Part shown: positions 56,701 to 64,000 of the stretch, piece by piece
Numbering within the stretch: position 1 is the stretch's first letter
Layout of the letters: every line of letters starts with the position of its first letter
Assembly (NCBI RefSeq): GCF_009914755.1
Contig: NC_060939.1
DNA: 64,000 bases
Reading direction: 5' to 3' (one strand)
Origin: the human T2T-CHM13v2.0 reference genome, Homo sapiens
Translations under genes and position numbers: made by a program
Notes under the pieces: model-generated
Database searches by the model: none
Told to the model about the DNA's origin: nothing
The model's input: only the letters and a program-made list of their open reading frames with translations

Positions 56701-58341
56701 TCGATTCCATTCCATTGCATTGCATTCCATTCCATTGGATTGCATTCCATTCGATTCCATTCCATTCGAATCAATTACATAGCAATCCATTACATTCGAG
56801 TCTATTCTCTTCCGTTCCATTCGATTTCGTTCCAATCCATTCGATTCCATTCCATTCGATTCCATTCCATACTATTGCATTCCATTCGATTACATTATAT
56901 TCGAATAAGTTCCATTCAAGACCATTTCTTTTGAGTCCATTCTATTTGAGTCCATTCCCTTTGATTCCATAACATTTGAGTCCATTCAATTCCATTCCTT
57001 TCGTTTCCATTCCATTTGATGCCATTCCATTCAATTCTGTTCTACCCGACTCCAATACATTCAATTCCATTCCATCCGATTCCATTACATTCTTTTCATT
57101 TCTTATCCATTTCAAGCCATTCCACTCCATTCCATTCCACTCGTTTCCTTTCCATTCGAGTCCATTCCTCTCCAGTCCATTCCGTTCAATCCATTCCATT
57201 CCAGTCCATTCCATTCGAGTCCGTTCCATTCCAGTCCATTCCATTCGAGTCAATTCCATCCCATTCGATGTCTTTCCATAACGATCCATTCCATTCTATT
57301 CCTTTCGATTCCATTCCATTCTATTTCATTCCATTCGATTCCCTTCCATTGGACTCCTTTCCATTCGAGTGCATTCCATTCCGTTCCATTTCTTTCCGTT
57401 CTGTACGATTCCTACCGTTCGATTTCATTTTGTTCCAGTCCATTCCTTTCGCGTCCATTCCATTCCATTTCACTCCATTCGATTCCATTCCACTCGATTC
57501 CACTTCGTTGCATTTCATTGCATTCCATTCTATTCAACTCTATTGCCTTCCATTCCATTCCATTCGATTACATTCCATGCGATTCCATTCGAAATCGAAT
57601 CAATTACATTGCAATCCATTACTATTGAGTCCGTTTTATTCCAGTCCACTGCATTCTGGTCCATTCCATTTGATTCCATTCCATTCTATTCCATTCCATA
57701 CAGTTGCATTCCATTGGATTCCATGCTATATCTATAAATTCAATTCGAGCCCATTGCTTTTGAGTCCATTCTATATGATTCCATTCCATTCAAGTCCATT
57801 ACATTTGGTTCAATTCCATTCCATTCCATTCCCTTCCATTCCATTCCATTTGATATCAATCCATTCGATTCCATTCCATTCGAGCACATTCCATTCGAGT
57901 CCATTCCATTCGATGCCATTCCATTTGATTCTATTCCATTAGTCTCCATTCAATTCCATTAATCTCCATTCCATTCCATTCTACTCCAACTGATTCCATT
58001 CCATTCTATTCCTTTCCATTCCATTTCATTCCATTCCATTCCATTTCATTCCATTCCATTCCATTCGTGTCCATTCCACTCCAGTCCATTCCATTCGTGT
58101 CCATTCCATTCCAGTCCATTCCATTTGTGTCCACTGCATTCCATTCCACTCCATTCCATATTATTCCATTACACTCCATTCCATTCTATTACTTTCATTT
58201 CCATTCAATTCCATTCCATTTGATTCCATTCCACTCGGTTTCATTCCATTTGAGTCCACTCCATTCCATTCCATTCCATTCCATTCAGTTCCATTCCATT
58301 CTGTTCCATTCCATTCCGTTCCATTACATTCCATTCCATTC

Positions 58342-61300
58342 GGTACCATTCCATATTGTTCCATTCGATTCCATTCGAATCCATTCCATTCCAGTCCATT
58401 CCATTCGATTCCATTCCATTCATTTCAATTCCATTCCATTCCATTCCATTACATTCCACTTGATTCCTCTCCATTCCCTTCCACTGCATTCCGTTCGATT
58501 CCATTCCATTGCATTGCATTCCATTCCATTGGATTGCATTCCATTCGATTCCATTCCATTCGAATCAATTACATAGCAATCCATTACATTCGAGTCTATT
58601 CTCTTCCGTTCCATTCGATTTCGTTCCAATCCATTCGATTCCATTCCATTCGATTCCATTCCATACTATTGCATTCCATTCGATTACATTATATTCGAAT
58701 AAGTTCCATTCAAGACCATTTCTTTTGAGTCCATTCTATTTGAGTCCATTCCCTTTGATTCCATAACATTTGAGTCCATTCAATTCCATTCCTTTCGTTT
58801 CCATTCCATTTGATGCCATTCCATTCAATTCTGTTCTACTCGACTCCAATACATTCAATTCCATTCCATCCGATTCCATTACATTCTTTTCATTTCTTAT
58901 CCATTTCAAGCCATTCCACTCCATTCCATTCCACTCGTTTCCTTTCCATTCGAGTCCATTCCTCTCCAGTCCATTCCGTTCAATCCATTCCATTCCAGTC
59001 CATTCCATTCGAGTCCGTTCCATTCCAGTCCATTCCATTCGAGTCAATTCCATTCCATTCGATGTCTTTCCATAACGATCCATTCCATTCTATTCCTTTC
59101 GATTCCATTCCATTCTATTTCATTCCATTCGATTCCCTTCCATTGGACTCCTTTCCATTCGAGTGCATTCCATTCCGTTCCATTTCTTTCCGTTCTGTAC
59201 GATTCCTACCGTTCGATTTCATTTTGTTCCAGTCCATTCCTTTCGCGTCCATTCCATTCCATTTCACTCCATTCGATTCCATTCCACTCGATTCCACTTC
59301 GTTCCATTTCATTGCATTCCATTCTATTCAACTCTATTGCCTTCCATTCCATTCCATTCGATTACATTCCATGCGATTCCATTCGAAATCGAATCAATTA
59401 CATTGCAATCCATTACTATTGAGTCCGTTTTATTCCAGTCCACTGCATTCTGGTCCATTCCATTTGATTCCATTCCATTCTATTCCATTCCATACAGTTG
59501 CATTCCATTGGATTCCATGCTATATCTATAAATTCAATTCGAGACCATTGCTTTTGAGTCCATTCTATATGATTCCATTCCATTCAAGTCCATTACATTT
59601 GGTTCAATTCCATTCCATTCCATTCCCTTCCATTCCATTCCATTTGATATCAATCCATTCGATTCCATTCCATTCGAGCACATTCCATTCGAGTCCATTC
59701 CATTCGATGCCATTCCATTTGATTCTATTCCATTAGTCTCCATTCAATTCCATTAATCTCCATTCCATTCCATTCTACTCCAACTGATTCCATTCCATTC
59801 TATTCCTTTCCATTCCATTTCATTCCATTCCATTCCATTTCATTCCATTCCATTCCATTCGTGTCCATTCCACTCCAGTCCATTCCATTCGTGTCCATTC
59901 CATTCCAGTCCATTCCATTTGTGTCCACTGCATTCCATTCCACTCCATTCCATATTATTCCATTACACTCCATTCCATTCTATTACTTTCATTTCCATTC
60001 AATTCCATTCCATTTGATTCCATTCCACTCGGTTTCATTCCATTTGAGTCCACTCCATTCCATTCCATTCCATTCCATTCAGTTCCATTCCATTCTGTTC
60101 CATTCCATTCCGTTCCATTACATTCCATTCCATTCGGTACCATTCCATATTGTTCCATTCGATTCCATTCGAATCCATTCCATTCCAGTCCATTCCATTC
60201 GATTCCATTCCATTCATTTCAATTCCATTCCATTCCATTCCATTACATTCCACTTGATTCCTCTCCATTCCCTTCCACTGCATTCCGTTCGATTCCATTC
60301 CATTGCATTGCATTCCATTCCATTGGATTGCATTCCATTCGATTCCATTCCATTCGAATCAATTACATAGCAATCCATTACATTCGAGTCTATTCTCTTC
60401 CGTTCCATTCGATTTCGTTCCAATCCATTCGATTCCATTCCATTCGATTCCATTCCATACTATTGCATTCCATTCGATTACATTATATTCGAATAAGTTC
60501 CATTCAAGACCATTTCTTTTGAGTCCATTCTATTTGAGTCCATTCCCTTTGATTCCATAACATTTGAGTCCATTCAATTCCATTCCTTTCGTTTCCATTC
60601 CATTTGATGCCATTCCATTCAATTCTGTTCTACTCGACTCCAATACATTCAATTCCATTCCATCCGATTCCATTACATTCTTTTCATTTCTTATCCATTT
60701 CAAGCCATTCCACTCCATTCCATTCCACTCGTTTCCTTTCCATTCGAGTCCATTCCTCTCCAGTCCATTCCGTTCAATCCATTCCATTCCAGTCCATTCC
60801 ATTCGAGTCCGTTCCATTCCAGTCCATTCCATTCGAGTCAATTCCATTCCATTCGATGTCTTTCCATAACGATCCATTCCATTCTATTCCTTTCGATTCC
60901 ATTCCATTCTATTTCATTCCATTCGATTCCCTTCCATTGGACTCCTTTCCATTCGAGTGCATTCCATTCCGTTCCATTTCTTTCCGTTCTGTACGATTCC
61001 TACCGTTCGATTTCATTTTGTTCCAGTCCATTCCTTTCGCGTCCATTCCATTCCATTTCACTCCATTCGATTCCATTCCACTCGATTCCACTTCGTTCCA
61101 TTTCATTGCATTCCATTCTATTCAACTCTATTGCCTTCCATTCCATTCCATTCGATTACATTCCATGCGATTCCATTCGAAATCGAATCAATTACATTGC
61201 AATCCATTACTATTGAGTCCGTTTTATTCCAGTCCACTGCATTCTGGTCCATTCCATTTGATTCCATTCCATTCTATTCCATTCCATACAGTTGCATTCC

Positions 61301-64000
61301 ATTGGATTCCATGCTATATCTATAAATTCAATTCGAGACCATTGCTTTTGAGTCCATTCTATATGATTCCATTCCATTCAAGTCCATTACATTTGGTTCA
61401 ATTCCATTCCATTCCATTCCCTTCCATTCCATTCCATTTGATATCAATCCATTCGATTCCATTCCATTCGAGCACATTCCATTCGAGTCCATTCCATTCG
61501 ATGCCATTCCATTTGATTCTATTCCATTAGTCTCCATTCAATTCCATTAATCTCCATTCCATTCCATTCTACTCCAACTGATTCCATTCCATTCTATTCC
61601 TTTCCATTCCATTTCATTCCATTCCATTCCATTTCATTCCATTCCATTCCATTCGTGTCCATTCCACTCCAGTCCATTCCATTCGTGTCCATTCCATTCC
61701 AGTCCATTCCATTTGTGTCCACTGCATTCCATTCCACTCCATTCCATATTATTCCATTACACTCCATTCCATTCTATTACTTTCATTTCCATTCAATTCC
61801 ATTCCATTTGATTCCATTCCACTCGGTTTCATTCCATTTGAGTCCACTCCATTCCATTCCATTCCATTCCATTCAGTTCCATTCCATTCTGTTCCATTCC
61901 ATTCCGTTCCATTACATTCCATTCCATTCGGTACCATTCCATATTGTTCCATTCGATTCCATTCGAATCCATTCCATTCCAGTCCATTCCATTCGATTCC
62001 ATTCCATTCATTTCAATTCCATTCCATTCCATTCCATTACATTCCACTTGATTCCTCTCCATTCCCTTCCACTGCATTCCGTTCGATTCCATTCCATTGC
62101 ATTGCATTCCATTCCATTGGATTGCATTCCATTCGATTCCATTCCATTCGAATCAATTACATAGCAATCCATTACATTCGAGTCTATTCTCTTCCGTTCC
62201 ATTCGATTTCGTTCCAATCCATTCGATTCCATTCCATTCGATTCCATTCCATACTATTGCATTCCATTCGATTACATTATATTCGAATAAGTTCCATTCA
62301 AGACCATTTCTTTTGAGTCCATTCTATTTGAGTCCATTCCCTTTGATTCCATAACATTTGAGTCCATTCAATTCCATTCCTTTCGTTTCCATTCCATTTG
62401 ATGCCATTCCATTCAATTCTGTTCTACTCGACTCCAATACATTCAATTCCATTCCATCCGATTCCATTACATTCTTTTCATTTCTTATCCATTTCAAGCC
62501 ATTCCACTCCATTCCATTCCACTCGTTTCCTTTCCATTCGAGTCCATTCCTCTCCAGTCCATTCCGTTCAATCCATTCCATTCCAGTCCATTCCATTCGA
62601 GTCCGTTCCATTCCAGTCCATTCCATTCGAGTCAATTCCATTCCATTCGATGTCTTTCCATAACGATCCATTCCATTCTATTCCTTTCGATTCCATTCCA
62701 TTCTATTTCATTCCATTCGATTCCCTTCCATTGGACTCCTTTCCATTCGAGTGCATTCCATTCCGTTCCATTTCTTTCCGTTCTGTACGATTCCTACCGT
62801 TCGATTTCATTTTGTTCCAGTCCATTCCTTTCGCGTCCATTCCATTCCATTTCACTCCATTCGATTCCATTCCACTCGATTCCACTTCGTTCCATTTCAT
62901 TGCATTCCATTCTATTCAACTCTATTGCCTTCCATTCCATTCCATTCGATTACATTCCATGCGATTCCATTCGAAATCGAATCAATTACATTGCAATCCA
63001 TTACTATTGAGTCCGTTTTATTCCAGTCCACTGCATTCTGGTCCATTCCATTTGATTCCATTCCATTCTATTCCATTCCATACAGTTGCATTCCATTGGA
63101 TTCCATGCTATATCTATAAATTCAATTCGAGACCATTGCTTTTGAGTCCATTCTATATGATTCCATTCCATTCAAGTCCATTACATTTGGTTCAATTCCA
63201 TTCCATTCCATTCCCTTCCATTCCATTCCATTTGATATCAATCCATTCGATTCCATTCCATTCGAGCACATTCCATTCGAGTCCATTCCATTCGATGCCA
63301 TTCCATTTGATTCTATTCCATTAGTCTCCATTCAATTCCATTAATCTCCATTCCATTCCATTCTACTCCAACTGATTCCATTCCATTCTATTCCTTTCCA
63401 TTCCATTTCATTCCATTCCATTCCATTTCATTCCATTCCATTCCATTCGTGTCCATTCCACTCCAGTCCATTCCATTCGTGTCCATTCCATTCCAGTCCA
63501 TTCCATTTGTGTCCACTGCATTCCATTCCACTCCATTCCATATTATTCCATTACACTCCATTCCATTCTATTACTTTCATTTCCATTCAATTCCATTCCA
63601 TTTGATTCCATTCCACTCGGTTTCATTCCATTTGAGTCCACTCCATTCCATTCCATTCCATTCCATTCAGTTCCATTCCATTCTGTTCCATTCCATTCCG
63701 TTCCATTACATTCCATTCCATTCGGTACCATTCCATATTGTTCCATTCGATTCCATTCGAATCCATTCCATTCCAGTCCATTCCATTCGATTCCATTCCA
63801 TTCATTTCAATTCCATTCCATTCCATTCCATTACATTCCACTTGATTCCTCTCCATTCCCTTCCACTGCATTCCGTTCGATTCCATTCCATTGCATTGCA
63901 TTCCATTCCATTGGATTGCATTCCATTCGATTCCATTCCATTCGAATCAATTACATAGCAATCCATTACATTCGAGTCTATTCTCTTCCGTTCCATTCGA
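58342..64000 (+). repeat. Run of apparently identical consensus units
   Basis: Exact 1794-bp spacing and identical six-frame translations in consecutive units. No variants seen by eye. Confidence 0.85.

Larger units (their letters stand above)
1..64000 (+). repeat. Human satellite 3 (HSat3/SATIII) tandem array, (CATTC)n-derived, ~36 copies of a ~1.8-kb unit, C/T-rich strand on +, no inversion
   Basis: CATTC pentamers and single-base variants (GATTC, CAGTC, GAGTC, CATTG, TATTC) run continuously across the window. KpnI GGTACC at 1782, 3576, 5370, 7154, 8933, 10722, 12526, 14320, 16114, 17903, 19712, 21506, 23280, 25089, 26125, 27934, 29708, 31502, 33296, 35090, 36864, 38658, 40452, 42246, 44020, 45814, 47608, 49367, 51166, 52960, 54754, 56548, 58342, 60136, 61930, 63724. 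The ORF track repeats with the same period. The GATGAT/CATCATCGA motifs typical of HSat2 were not seen. Confidence 0.98.
1..64000. repeat. D15Z1: Probable D15Z1-type (HSat3A5) 1.8-kb KpnI satellite family, chromosome 15 short-arm heterochromatin
   Basis: Established knowledge: D15Z1 is an HSat3 array with a 1.8-kb KpnI repeat on 15p. The unit here is 1794 bp with exactly one KpnI site. Assignment is inferred from periodicity, not from alignment; related copies on other acrocentric arms cannot be excluded. Confidence 0.75.

Noticed and set aside
1-64000. CRISPR-like or repeat/spacer system, or another novel gene system
   Set aside because: No unique spacers, no constant repeat separated by variable sequence, and no associated genes. 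All variation is point change or 5n indels in a tandem satellite.
1-64000. HSat2 (chr1 1.77-kb unit), DYZ1 or alpha satellite identity
   Set aside because: HSat2 GATGAT/CATCATCGA motifs were not seen, the period is 1794 rather than the ~3.5-kb DYZ1 unit, and there is no 171-bp monomer or CENP-B box.
1-64000. Embedded Alu/L1 insertion or strand inversion
   Set aside because: No poly-A tract, non-satellite segment or GGAAT run on the + strand was seen; KpnI spacings account for the entire length.

Overview
The whole 64 kb is one uninterrupted, single-orientation tandem satellite: diverged CATTC (GGAAT on the minus strand) pentamers organised into a 1794-bp repeat unit with one KpnI site (GGTACC) per unit. 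There are 36 KpnI sites, from 1782 to 63724. This is human/primate satellite 3 (HSat3), and the 1.8-kb KpnI periodicity best matches the D15Z1 (HSat3A5) family of chromosome 15p, an assignment not confirmed by search. I find no genes, RNA genes, transposons, CRISPR arrays or unique sequence. All listed ORFs are translation artefacts of the pentamer (HSIPF / MEWNG). I see no novel gene system. What is interesting is array architecture and evolution: (1) the unit is itself an old diverged dimer; (2) one truncated 1036-bp unit has a complex junction with a templated insert, just downstream of a mutation cluster; (3) variant markers recur at 4-unit (7156 bp) and 7-unit (~12.5 kb) spacings, with mosaic units; (4) all other length variants are multiples of 5 bp; (5) divergence falls from left to right; (6) there is a CpG-deamination signature. 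Variant positions were read by eye and need confirmation by alignment.
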